From Eledone cirrhosa (Eukaryota), in assembly GCA_964016885.1 (NCBI GenBank), contig OZ024740.1, positions 312,232,001 to 312,296,000 on the forward strand: 64,000 nucleotides of DNA, in the 5' to 3' direction. The notes beneath the pieces were generated by a model. It searched no databases. It was given only the letters and a program-made list of their open reading frames with translations, and was not told where the DNA came from. The translations under genes and the position numbers were made by a program. Every line of letters starts with the position of its first letter. The first letter of the stretch is position 1. Below, one piece after another: positions 24,790 to 39,969 of this stretch.

Positions 24790-26007
24790 TTGATGTAAGG
24801 AACTGTGTAAAAGTTGAAAACAGCACAAATCTTGTGGAAGCTGTAACAAATTAGTTTAACTGTTAATGATCCTGTGGTAAAAATGTCCATGATGAAGAAA
24901 TTTACAAAAATTGCTGCAAAGCCAGTTAAGCAGATGGACATCAAGAATTTTGAAGCTAGTAACAGGGTGTTACTATAAAATGAAAAATAAAATGAAACAG
25001 ACAGCACAACAACTAAAGAAGTCAAACAATGCAGGAAGAGGTTAAATAACTTAAATGTGTATAATGGAGATGAAACTGGGGTGTATTGGTGGCCACTATT
25101 TTCAGATTGTGCAAACATTTAATAATAAAGTTTCCACACCTGGTTATGAATTAAGTAAGGAACTATTTTTGGCATCATGTTGCATGAACTCAGTTAGTAT
25201 GCGCCTTTTAAAGTTAGTAGTAGTGTGTAGTGGGGCAGTATGTTTTGAAAGACAATACAGTATTACCATTCCAAAAAATTGTGGCTCAAAATGCATATTT
25301 TTAATGGTTGGTTTTTTTCCTACACCTCATTTCTGCTGTAAGTAAATACTAGGGAATTTCTGCAAGCCTTCTATTGATGAGATACCTACACACTTAGATA
25401 GTCACTAACTTGCTAGTAATGATGCTAAAATGGATCAAAGTATAGTTGTAGCCTTAAAGAGTTTATATCAATGCAAATATCTAGTTGCATTCTTGTAGTG
25501 GTAGAAGAGGAAAATCTTAGAGGAGACAAACGAGGACAGAAAACTCTCAATAACATCAAGAATTACAACCTCAAGTCTCCAATATTCAATCCAGCAGCTT
25601 CATGAAAGGACCTGAAGACTACCATTCTAATCAAGGGGTAAAAAAAAAATTCTGTGGTATAATACTATTTTGAAGGATTGAAGGGAGAGCTTTTCATTGT
25701 ATACTTAAGACTGCAGACAAAACATACCACAGAAGATGACATCAGAATCTTCTTAGAAAACACTTAGGGTTAACTTGGATACTAAGTATTAACAGAAAAT
25801 GAAATAGTGACTGAAGTTCTCTTTGTAGACAGCAGACATACTGAGGCTGATGAAGGCGATGAACTATTGCCTAAGAAATTGAAACTCCCTGTTATACAAG
25901 AATCCCCGATAGAGTTATTCTGAACATTGATTGTCAACAGAAATTGATATTCAGCAATATTATCAACTTCAAACTAATTTATTTCAACTCAGCTACAGCT
26001 GATGATT
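24790..26007 (+). mobile_element. Tigger/pogo (Jerky-like) transposase fossil, left part
   Basis: Remnant motifs FEAS, NVYNGDETGVYW (~25054-25090), MDQSIVVALKSLY (~25429-25467) and LTENEIVTEV. Confidence 0.75.
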
Positions 26008-28115
26008 TAATAATAATGAAATTATTGTGTAAAGTGCTCAGGTGCACTACAACTCGTCAAAGGTGTAAGTATAGTACATAGAATAATATACAAATGTCAG
26101 GGAAGTGAATAGTGTAGGAGTCATGATATACATGTGTGTATGTGTATGGAGTGGGAACATTAGGTGTAGTGTTGGCGAATCTCAGGAAGCATGGAGGTTT
26201 TAAAGGATGCAGTGTCTCGACAGCTAACAACTGATGCAGGTAGTTTGTTCCATGCTTTAGCAACTCTGAGCGTGAAAAAATGTTTCCGAAAGTCATGGGA
26301 ACTGTGCTGTTTTCTGACTTTGTGGGCATGTCCACGTGTGTTAGACATGGAAATCAAAAAGGTACTCAGGGTTGTTGTTGGCAAGATGGTTAACAATTTT
26401 GTGGGTGTTTACCAAGTCAGTTGCCAGGCGTTAAGCTTCAATGTATCCATGCCCAGGGAAGCAAGGCGTTCAGAGTATGGTAGATGCCTGATGGAGGGTA
26501 TTCGCTTGGTTGCACGTCTCTGAACAGTTTCCAGGCGGTCAATGTTCTGAGCAAGATAGGGGTTCCAGACTAGTGATGCAAATTCTAAGTGTGGCCGCAC
26601 CATAGCCATGTACAGCCTTAAATAGATAGCTGGAGAGCGGCTGACAAAGGTCTTGCTGAGTGATGCTAAGACACCCTCAGCCCTCTTGACAATTTTAGAG
26701 ACATGCTTCGTCCAATGCAAATCGCTGCTGACCGTAATGCCCAGGTCACGTTCACAAGAAGACTTCTTGATATTAGTGCTGTGGAGGGAGTATGTGGACG
26801 CTGGGTTTTTACTCCCAAAATGCATGGTGGTGCACTTGTCCACAGCTAGCTCGAGTTGCCAGTCTGAAATCCATTGTTGCATTGTGTCCAGGTCAGACTG
26901 CAAGCAAGATCTATAGTGTTCAGGATCTGTCCTTTTTATCTCAAGGTACAGCTTGATGTCATCTGCGTACTTTAGTACTGTGGCATTCTTTAAGTTGGCA
27001 TCTATGTCATTAATATATGCCACAAACAAAAGGGGGCCAAGAACAGATCCCTGTGGTACACCAGATGACATCTCATATGGTGAGGAATGCTGTCCCAGAA
27101 CCGTGACTACCTCTCTTCGACTGAGAATGAAGGACTTCAACCAGTTAAAAAGATCATCCTTCACACCCATTGCAGAGAGTTTTGCCATAAGCCTTTTGTG
27201 TGGCACAGAATTGAAAGCTTTCGCAAAGTTAAGGTAAACAACATCCACCCATGAGCCGCCATCAGTGATCCGGGTGATGTCTTCAAGAAACTCGATAAGT
27301 TGATCACAGCAGCTGGAGTTGGGGATAAATCCAAATTGCGAGGGCCGGATAAGGCTGTGAGAGTTCCAGAAGTTCCAAAGTGTTTCTCTGACACAGGATT
27401 CCATCAGTTTGGCAATGCAACTAGTAAGACTGACTGGACGATAGTTCACAGGTGATGTGCGGTCACCCTTTTTGAACAGAGGAATGACACTGGCAGTTTT
27501 CCACTGTTCTGGAGTAGCACCGTTGTTCAGACAGAATTGGAAGAAGCATGATAGCTGGTGCAGAAGGAAGTACCCACCACGTTTAAGAAGCAGGTACGTA
27601 ACACCATAAAGACCAGGAGGCATGGTTGCGTTTATTTTTTAGGTGACGTCGCAGCATTGCAGGTGTAAATTTCATGGTTGTAATAGAGTCCAGTGTCATA
27701 GGTGGTGGAGACGGTACACTCTGGTCTTCAATAGTGAAAATGCCTGCATAGCATTCAGCAATGAGCTCTGCGCATTCCTTGGGGTCGTCAGTAACCTGGC
27801 TTGTGTGGGGATTGTGAAGAGGACCAACTGGAGTGAGGCCTCTGCTTTGAGTGAACATACTTCCAGAACACCTTACTGTCAGAGCTGGTTGTTATGCGCT
27901 GCTCAAATTGAAGCACTGCCTTTTTTGTCACCTGTTTGAGGTGGTTGGACGATTTATTTCGCCTCTTCCTATAGATGTCTGATTTATGCAGTTTGTACTC
28001 ACGTTCAGCATTGCGACGTTCTTTTCTGGCAAGACAGACTGCTGCAGTCTCCCAAATTGTACTTTTGGGATGTTTTTTCCGCTTACGTGGCACCGATGCT
28101 GCACATGCTGTCCAT
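26008..28115 (-). mobile_element. CR1-clade LINE, 5'-truncated
   Basis: ORF 26409-27623 has NYRPVSLTS, QFGF, GVPQGSVLGPLLF, YADD and RDLG. The C-terminus has TRGH...RKHFF..RV...WNKLP, followed by an (ATT)n tail at ~26010. It is frameshifted and has N in place of the catalytic D (YLNFAKAFN). Confidence 0.93.
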
Positions 28116-28489
28116 ATTATTTTCTGTTTACTGTCATTCCTCAAACACTTCATGTTTCTATGAGTGAGAATTTACTCTAATCCCACCTTCACCACAGTAA
28201 CCTCATCTGTTATCTATCACAGGTAAACAAAATTAACAATTTACGATATGAACCTTTTAATTCTTACATCCAGTAATGTCGAATAATTTTATAATATATC
28301 TGACATATAAATATAAGAGTTTACAGTATTTTCAGTAATTTTGTTACTGTTTATCATATTCAATGCATGGTATATATATTTTCAATATTGTATACGTATA
28401 TAATAACCTTTACCGTTACTTAACTCAGGCAATGGATTAAAATGGACACCCTTCCACTCTTATTAGTATGGTTTAACGAGGGTTCACTA
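28116..28489 (+). mobile_element. Tigger/pogo fossil, right part with terminal inverted repeat
   Basis: Ends GGTTTAACGAGGGTTCACT(A)|TA, the reverse complement of a Tigger-type CAGTGAACCCTCG terminus. Confidence 0.55.
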
Positions 28490-29139
28490 TATATCTTTAA
28501 AGTGTTTAAATCAGGGACTTATAAAGCTTGCAAGGGGTCACTGAAAATTTAATCAGGACCCTTGCATTATTATGTCTGTAATGTTGATACTCACACATAA
28601 CTATGCTAATTGGACTTTTTAAATTATTAGAAAAATTATTAAAAAAATAATAATTTTGTGCCCTTTAAATATTGGGGGCCCCGGGTTACAACCTAGTCAG
28701 TCCCCATTGTTAATCCCCCAATGCGTTTAACCCTTGTATAACTGCATACTCTATTATCAAAAAAGGATAGGAAGCTCTATTATAATAGTAAACTATATAA
28801 TTTACTCGCATGAACGAAGTTTATTTCGCTTTACTTCATAATCTAAACAAATTGTTGAATGGTTTTCGTTATTGAAAAAAAAATTTAATTTGTTGTTCAA
28901 TGGATTAAAATGATAATAAAAAAAGGTGCAGTTATGTTTTCTTAAAGTTTGTGCGTGCGCTGGTAAGAATCCGTCCAACTAGTTAACCCGGTTTTAACTA
29001 TTATGTCACTAATGTCCCTTCAGAATGACATTCACGTCCTAACTCCCCAACCCTTTTAAGCCCTGGTCACGAGATATCCAGTGGTCATCTAAATGTACGA
29101 AATAAATCTTAATGACTTAAGTTATGTGCCTCTTTGCTC

Positions 29140-30104
29140 ACCTAAAGATTGCAGTGAGAAACTAGATCGATTTCACCTTCCTCAGAACACTATGATACGG
29201 TCAAAACAAAGTAAGTCCGGAAACGGATATACTAATAAATAATGGAGGAAAAAAAAGGTGGGTTAGAAGTATATGATTAAGCGAGAGCGTGATATTGAAG
29301 AGAAGAAAGAAACGGGTAGGACAGTAATTGTGGGACGAATGTAACGTAGACTATGACGTCATGGCAGTCCCATCATGCTACAGTAGACAGAGAAGATACA
29401 ATGGCTGCTGCAGACGTATTACCTCTTAGCACACATTGTCAATGGCTCATAATGCCGTCCGGACGATGTGATTGATCATCTGCTACTGTTTATTTACGTT
29501 TGAGTGAAAGGGGCTCTCTTCTGGTTAATTGACAACCATCTTAACTCGCCGATTTGCCTGTTTCTTCCCTAGAAAGGGCGGTCTATTGTCTGAGTCGAGT
29601 TGGGAAGTCAGAATTTGATAAGCTAGAAAATTAAGGTAGCCATGATCTAAGCGAGACATCGCTCTCCCAACACGAAGCGGCTCTCGGTATATCTACTTTA
29701 ATTCTTTTTGCTACGTCGATTTTGTCTTCTTTCTTCTCTACTTTATCTGTTTATTCCCCTTAATAAGTAAATTTACTTCAAATTTTTCCACCTAGTTCTT
29801 TAATACTTTTTTTTTGTTGAAGAGGGGAAAAAAAATCATCTTTGGATCATTTACCTGATTTATTCTTTTGAAAATATTGAAGATTGAAACGACAGGGAGA
29901 TCGTAAATTTTAGTTATATATCTATAAATATATATCGAGAAAGGATTTTGATCGTTTATTTTTCTGTACCCTTTCTACTTACTATTAATTTGAAGGGATC
30001 GTGATTGAGTTGTGAAAAGCATAAATTTTCTGGAAAGTAATCATTAATAATACCAACAACAATAAGAATATTATAATCACTCGGTAATTTCATCATCTGA
30101 AACC
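29140..30104. promoter_or_regulatory. Promoter/5' UTR region of kinesin heavy chain, possibly bidirectional
   Basis: Repeat-free and locally CpG-enriched region just upstream of the ATG. Palindromic CRE ATGACGTCAT at 29353-29362, ZNF143/Staf-like TCCCATCATGC at ~29368-29378, ETS-like CCGGAA at 29217-29222. The TSS cannot be determined from sequence. Confidence 0.55.
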
Positions 30105-30230
30105 ATGGATGCGTCTTCGGAGTGCAACATTAAAGTTATTTGCCGTGTCCGACCCCTCAACGATGCTGAGGAAAGGGCTGGCAGTAAATTCATCCTCAAG
30201 TTTCCCACAGATGATTCTATTTCAATCGCC
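30105..30230 (+). CDS. Khc: Kinesin-1 heavy chain, coding exon 1
   Basis: ACCATGG start at 30105 translates to MDASSECNIKVICRVRPLNDAEERAGSKFILKFPTDDSISIA (42 codons), the kinesin-1 N-terminus with the IKVxxRxRP motif, nearly identical to squid KHC as I recall it. It ends at a GTAAGT donor at 30231 (phase 0). Confidence 0.97.
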
Positions 30231-30345
30231 GTAAGTAGCAATTCTTTAACATTCATATTTTATATATATATATAGTAATCACTCCTGACTACTGCAGTAT
30301 TAAACGTTGTCTCGTATATATTGATACGTATGTATGTGTGTTCGA

Positions 30346-30380
<35 letters not shown>

Positions 30381-30436
30381 GGTAGTGTATGTTTGAAAAT
30401 GTGAGGAATGCAATACATGTATAGATCTCTTTACGA

Positions 30437-32590
<2,154 letters not shown>

Positions 32591-32955
32591 AGTGTTCTGT
32601 GTACTCACAAAGTCATCAGACAAGACTTGTCTGATGACCCTATGAGTACACAGAATTTACATCTTTCTTAAAAGAAAGAAATAACTCTACGGTAGCATTG
32701 AGTACTCATTCTCGCGACCGCCTATACTAAGCGGATACATATATGTATATATAAATGTGTGTGTATATATAATGATGTATATATATAATGATGTATATAT
32801 AAATGTGTGTATATATAAATGTGTGTATATATAATGATGTATATAAAGGCATAAAAAGTAATGAATGTAATCTGATTTCTCTTGAGATCCGAGAAATTTA
32901 TTCTTGTGATTACTTATTTCGTTAGATGCCTTCTTAACATAATTTATTCAATCAA

Positions 32956-32993
<38 letters not shown>

Positions 32994-33546
32994 CATTGAA
33001 AACGACTCTCTCTCTCTATCTATCTCTCTCTATATATATTGTGTGTGTTTATATGGACTCGTGTATCTAGATCGTTCTTTTTGTCGATATGTTTCACACA
33101 TTTCAACCTGTTACTTCCCCCCCACACCGACTTTTCTTGCATTGCAGATGCATCCACCCATCCATCTATTTAGTTAGCCAGCCAGTCATGGCAGATGGCA
33201 TTTCAGGGTGGATGCCTACATTGTTATAGCTTGCTAGTTTAGTAAAGGATATATAAATGAGCTATTGACTATGTTCATATTTATGTATGCATTCTCTTAC
33301 AGATTTTTATGTGGTGGGTTCGGGAAATTTGAACGCTCATTCATTTATCAAGAGTACTACTCTAAACGATAAATGAATGCAAAGATATATTTAATATATG
33401 TATATAATTAACCGTCATATATTACTAAAGCGTTAACTATTTTGTTTCAGTTCTATATTGTATTACAGATTAAAATCTGTAGATATACTATGACTAAATA
33501 GTACAGAATAGTTACCATATATATATATATACTACCATATATGTGT

Positions 33547-33594
<48 letters not shown>

Positions 33595-33960
33595 TATATA
33601 TACTACCATATATATATACTACCATATATGTGTGTGTGTTTATATATATATATAACAAAGGAATTGTGGCAAGGAACCAGATGGACCATAACGAACTAGA
33701 GTACTCAATACTTAGGGTAGTAGTGGGAAATAGGAAAAAGGGGTCATACTTTTTATATAGAAAATAGGGGTCATAATTTTTCCTATATATATATATATAT
33801 ATATGTGGTAGTAATGGTAGTATTTTTTTTGTTTGCTAGATTTCTATTATAACTCTTTTTCTCTCTCATCTCGCACACACACGCGCGTGTGTGTGTGTGT
33901 ATATACAGAAATTAAATGTGAGAGAAAACAATACCAAATTCTTGAACAAATATATTTAAT

Positions 33961-33991
33961 GGCTGACAATTGTTTCGGGAACCATATCAGT
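33961..33991 (-). ncRNA. Degenerate minimal hammerhead-like motif (Penelope-type)
   Basis: Minus strand reads CTGATA-TGGTTCCC-GAAAC-AATTGTC-AG. The core CUGANGA is imperfect. Confidence 0.3.
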
Positions 33992-34114
33992 ATTCTGCAC
34001 ATACAGATGATAATTATCGATTGTAAAATCGATAATATATATATAAAATAAAAATGACAAAAACAGAAATACAAAAACAATTAGTGTTATTAGGTTCACG
34101 CTTTGGATGAAAGA

Positions 34115-34152
34115 GAAAATCTCAACGTATCGGACGTTAGTCCTTCGTCAGG
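34115..34152 (-). ncRNA. Minimal hammerhead-like motif (Penelope-type), mutated
   Basis: Minus strand reads CTGACGA-A-GGAC-TAAC-GTCC-GATAC-GTT. Stem II is perfect but GAAA is mutated to GATA. Homologous to 59688-59720. Confidence 0.5.
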
Positions 34153-35728
34153 ATATATATAATGTGTGTATGTAAAGCCAGTAATATCTTGTAAGCGCTC
34201 TATTTAATTTACAAGAAGAACAAATTGCTGGGTTTTATCGATTTTTGCGTTCACCGAAAGTTTCGATGCATTTATTGATGCAGTCGTTATAGCCAGCCTC
34301 GTCTTTATTATATATATATAATGCAGGCTGTTGCTTTAACGGCTCCCACTGTAAGATGGAGACAATTTCTGCTATCGGCTGTTTTGCTATCTACCTATTT
34401 GTTAGCTTCTCTACAAGCTAGCTATTTAGCTAATCTCCTGTACTTCTATCTATATCTATTTAGCTTCCTGCCTACCATTCCATCTAACTACTATTCTATG
34501 TAGCTAGCTACTAGCTACATAGTAATCTAGCTATCTAATTAGTATGAATATCACCAGACGTTTGCTACTGTTGTAGCTATTACTGCTGCTGCTGTCATTA
34601 ACTTTATTGCTACTGTCATTATTCATCCTTAGTCAACATCATATATTTAAATGAAAGAACAACAAAAAGTCAGTCTTCAGAGTCCATTGCGTACCGATCT
34701 TTATATATGTATATGTGTTACAATATATTAAATAACTGTTGCTCATCCAACGTGAAATAATGTCTTCGCTTTTCCATTGTAAATTATATTTTCTTATTAT
34801 TGGATACCTTACTCAGTGTTTGAAAAGACAAGAGCTGTCTAAATGGAATGCTCTATCAACCCCTCCCAGTGAACTGGTTTACGTCATATATCTGAAGCTA
34901 GATCTTAAATTTTTCTTTAGATTTATATAAAGACATTATAGTATATACTGACAGTTTACATAAAAATATGCTCTCATTATTTCATATCTGCAATAAATTT
35001 TCGCCTTCCTGTTTGTCATTTTTACGTGACTTGACTCATTTAACATTTTATGTTAAGAAGGACTGGGTGCTATGGATAATAATATTTGTACCGAGAATGA
35101 ATCAATATTATAATTATTCGTTATTGATTTCTTATCGACAACAAGCCCAATTTTTGTAATTGGTAGATTATTACCGATGAATTGATCTGTGTACGTTACC
35201 CATTGCTTGAAATATTATTTTGTTGACTTCATAAGAATGAAATACGAAGTTGACATAATAAAAGCCTATCTTGGAGGATTTTATGCCTTTCCCAAGTATG
35301 GTAATTATAATGACGGTGAATTCTTACTGACATGGCGACGCTTTATATTTTAAAAGAAGGGGAAACGGGTGTTTGCGACGTTTATACTTTTTAGAATAAC
35401 AAATCCAGTTTTGTATGTTTTTGTCTAGCTTCGGGTCAATCTTGATCGAGCAGACTAATTATCAAAGGCATTCCAGTTGTGACTATTTGGTTTATTTAGA
35501 ACTATCTAGGATCACACTATCTAATGTACTCTTTTTTAAGACGGTGGAATGTGGTTTGTGAGAGATACGCTGCTATTTCTAAAAGGTCGAGCAACAAAGT
35601 AGAGGTTTTCGAAATTTTATTTCAAAAATGCACGGTGCCCATAGAGGTGAAGAGAAATGGAAAGATGGGAACGTTCATGCGTTTTCAAAAATATTTGCAT
35701 ACTCTATAATGTTTATTATTATAATCAT

Positions 35729-35838
35729 GAATCCCGCCGAGGTTAACTTTGCCTTTCATCCTTACAGGGTCGATAAAATAAAGTACCAGTAATACACTGG
35801 GTAATTGCTGGCCTTGTGCCAAAAGTAGAAACAATTAT
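35729..35838 (+). mobile_element. SINE family A, 5'-truncated
   Basis: aatcccgccgagg...agtagaaacaattatt, with ttataatcatgaat on both flanks. Confidence 0.88.
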
Positions 35839-35944
35839 TATAATCATGAATACTAATTTGATTAGGTGTCGTATCATGCCCTGCGGCTGAACGGAAGCTG
35901 CTATATTCCGCATAGTCTTTAAAATCGGATTTTTTGAGCTGAAC

Positions 35945-36155
35945 AATAACAGTGGTTTCGAATTTAGACACAAGGTCAACAATCTGTAGGGGGGGGGGGG
36001 GAAGTCGATTAAATCGCCCCCAGCACTTAACTGGTACTTTATTTTATCGACTTTGAAAGATTGAAAGGCAAAGTTGACATCAGCGGGATTTGAACTCAGA
36101 ATGTTAAGAGCCTTTTTGCCCTATATTCTACTACTGATTCTGCTAATCCACTGTC
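35945..36155 (-). mobile_element. SINE family A, older copy
   Basis: ggtactttattttatcga...gaaaggcaaagttgac...ggatttgaactcag. Confidence 0.8.
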
Positions 36156-38599
36156 GAATAATTATAATAGTAATGATTATTTATCAATAATTATCATAAT
36201 GATGATTTCTAACATGGGTGGTGGTGGGGTGGAGAGCGATACTGATATTTATAATTGGAATATCTGGTTTATGACTGTTTAATGTAATCTCTCTCCCTGT
36301 GTTAATTTTATGTACATATGTAATAACAGCAAAAGAATAATAGCTTGCGAAGCTTTAGAACATCTATTCGTTGTTCTTAGTAGTGTTAGTCCTCTTACTA
36401 ATTTACTATCACGATACAACAGTATAAGCAAGCAAACTGGCATGCGCAATTGCTTTAGACAACCTAATTTTTCTGTTAAACATCAATGGTTTATTTTCGT
36501 TCAGTTGTTGATTACTATTGTAATCTTGTTAAAAGTCGATCTCACACTGTCTTTCCTTCAGCAATAGCATGCATAGCTACAAGTGTTCTTTCTGCTAGAC
36601 TATAAATGAGACCAGCTTTCAGAAAGGAAAAAGGAATCGAACTCCCACTATGGCTGCTGAAATTTATTGATTTATTTTCCTCTTCTAACAATTATTATTT
36701 TTATTACTATCAAGTATTTATGTATCGGGCTTGTTGCCAGCCTTCTATGGTTGGATTTTGCGACTTAATAATATTACATTATTACCATTCATACTGCTGT
36801 TTTTGTTTCAATGGCCGTGTAATAATTAAGTCTGAGTCATAACATTATTTAACATTTAATTCTCATATTTTTTTAAAATCTGAAAACGATTAATTACCAG
36901 GGTCTGCGAGTTTTCGGTTAAAAAAATATTTTAAAGAAATTGTTTGGTACTAATTTTATTTAGTTTTAATTATATTATATTCTTAAAGAAAAATCCTCGA
37001 ACAAAATGTTCCGATATAATTTCAAGTAACAAACATTTTCTGTTTTGGGATCTTCTTTGAAAGCTATTAATGCGTTAATTTATCATGAACAATACAAATT
37101 TATTTAAGCTCATTTTGTCATTACACTCTACAAGTAGTTTTGATTTATTTAGTGGGAAGAATCATTTTGTTGGTGACGAAATTTTCTGTCTTTCGTTTAA
37201 TTGGCTGGTTGTATAACATTCTAATCATGAACAGTAATATTTAGAATGTTGACAAACCACGCATAGTCAATAGAGAAATTGCTTTCAATTGAATTTTGTA
37301 CCACAAATTAACATGAAATATATATTCTCCTCCTTCAATTTCGTCAATTACTAAGAAAGTCTTAACGATGTTGATCTACAAATGGTTGCACATAATAAAT
37401 ATATGTGGCAGCCATTTTAAAGTTACCAGTCGATCATAGAACATTCTCTGATCGAAGTGTTTTTATTTTGTTTGGTGTAAACTATACAATATAGATATTT
37501 CGACACTTTTAAATAAGATTTTGGGAACTCTGGTACGGAAATTAATATATTTTACTTGTCTATTTAAACCATAAATCTAATTGGAGCCGCATCTTTTATT
37601 GATTTTTTTTTTTTTTTTTTTTTTTACTGTCAATATATTTTATTCCCCCTCGATACAAACGAAGTGAAAATATGGGAATTAGACTTAGGTTTATGTTTTC
37701 AACATATTAGGTTTATCGCCGAGGGCATTCCAGCTCCATGAACCACTCGTCTTTTCTTATAGCCAAGGAGATTAATCCTACTATTTCTAATTGCTCGACC
37801 GAGCGCATAAAGAATTAATATTAAAAAAAAAAATTTAACATAGACACAAGGCCAGACATTTGGTAGTTGAGAACAATCAATTATATTGACAGGTGATTTT
37901 TTTTTTTTTTTTATCAATCTCAGAAGGATGAAATGTAAAGATAAGGCTCGTAACTACAGCAACGATTCTGTCAATCCAGTACCCCCCCCCCCCCCGCTTT
38001 TTTTTTTTTTCGTTAAGGGCTTTAGGTACCCGTGTAGTCGTGAGCAGACAGACAACTAACAGACATGGGGTCACATACTTCGCATTTGCTTATTTTATCA
38101 ACCTCAAGAGAGATTTGAACTCGGAACAGAACGTAAAATGACATGCCGAAATTGCATTTTAAACTACTATTTTTTTCTATTATTCCTGATAACCAAATAA
38201 TAGATCGATTTATTTTGGCTACTGCGCATGTGCTTAAAATGAGATGTGTACAAAGACATTTCATAACTACAGCTTTTCTATCGCGACCATCATGTCACTT
38301 TTAATCCTAACTCTAAAGCACTAATTATTCAATTATTTTGTATCAGAATATTTAAAGGTAAAATATGACAAACTATTCACACAAATTAAAGCTTTCCTTT
38401 CATTTCCCCAAAACTAATGATATCAATAATACAAATGAAGACAAGATTGTTATAGCAATAATAGTTTTAAGCAAATGAAGGAAATTTAGGGCCAATGTTC
38501 AACCACTATTATTTACAGGAATCATATTTTAGAACAGCAAATTGATAGAATAATTAAACTATTTTAGAACATTGATCATAAATAACAATTATATTTCCA

Positions 38600-39560
38600 A
38601 ATGCTCAATGCGCTCATGTTTCATTGCACTATCTCCACTCAAATTATTTAAAGTAAACTATTGAAAATATTTCAATGTTCCATTTATCCTAGAAACTTTT
38701 TTCTTGGTGTGAGGTTAAACGGGATTCAAAACCTTGTTTGAGTGTGTATGTATAGCAGCAGGAGTGGTAATCTCCTCTATCATACAAATGCCAATTATCA
38801 GAACATATTGATCCACAGCAATTATATTTCCTAAAATATTGAGCATGTTTGCCCTTCTATTTGGTACTACTTCAAAGAAACGTTTGTATCTTTTCCAAAA
38901 TATCTCCATTAACCTCTGACATACTTTCAGTAGAAATTATTTTGATTTGTCTATTTGTACCACAAGATGTAACCTATGCTAGCATGGAAAATGGACATTA
39001 AATGATGATGATGATGCCACTGATAACTATTGAATTGCTCTAAGCCTTATGATAACGCACATCCATCATGAACATATACTAATCTGAAATAGCTCTGGAT
39101 TTGTCCAGTTTGTATTTTTTAGCAATTTTCACTGAACCAGTATCAATGCTCCAAAAATATCCCATTAAAGAACCGTTGTAAATTTTACTGAAGAGCATTG
39201 TACATATTTTCATATGTTGGGCGTATGTTGTCAATTAGCTTGACCTATCTCACAAACTACTTCATATAAGCCATTTTGCTGGCAGATGACATCAGCTTGT
39301 ATAAAATATTGGGTGCCTCTTCACAAACCATATGCTTCACCATTTGGTATAAACACAGTATTTGCATAAAATTTCCCTTGGTGGTAGTCAGTTCATTATA
39401 TACAACTATACAGAAACTAGTATAAATTTCTAGGGAGAATCCATCTAGGTGTGGTCTGGTACTTGTGGAAGTAGACAGGGTCAACAATGAACTACAAATG
39501 TCACAGAACTTATGGTCCTTAAATTGAAAGCTCAATGGAAGTCTCCCATTTTAGGTGAAA
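38600..39560 (-). mobile_element. Merlin/IS1595-like transposase fossil
   Basis: Minus-strand remnants in the expected order: CxxC..DG (N-terminus), VVQIDKSK...KY.RG, FFEVVPNR, CSDNWHLY and FEWR. Interrupted by an RTE tail at ~38968-39016. Confidence 0.6.
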
Positions 39561-39969
39561 ACACCTTTTTAAAAATGTTATTCTATAACTTCACCCAAAT
39601 TTATATATTATCTGAAGTAAATTTACAAAAATTAACCATTAGAAAAAGAATTGTAAACAATCTACTGTAATGACACCCTCCCATTTTAAACAACAAACTA
39701 TGACCAGTAAGCTGGCTGCAACATAATGCCAGAAAGCAAATAGTCCACAGCCAAAACAAACAAATACCAACTAAAGTAGGAATAAGTGAAATTGGTATGT
39801 TGTTTAACATTGGCCTTTTTGAGTTATTTCCTTTAATTCATATTTTTTAAATGTACAAAAAAAAAATGTATTACTAGGAAATGATCACATTCTACATAGT
39901 TTTCCCCTTAAACCAAACTCATTTACACAGAAAAACAGCAAATACCTAAGGAATATAGGTTAATCCTGA

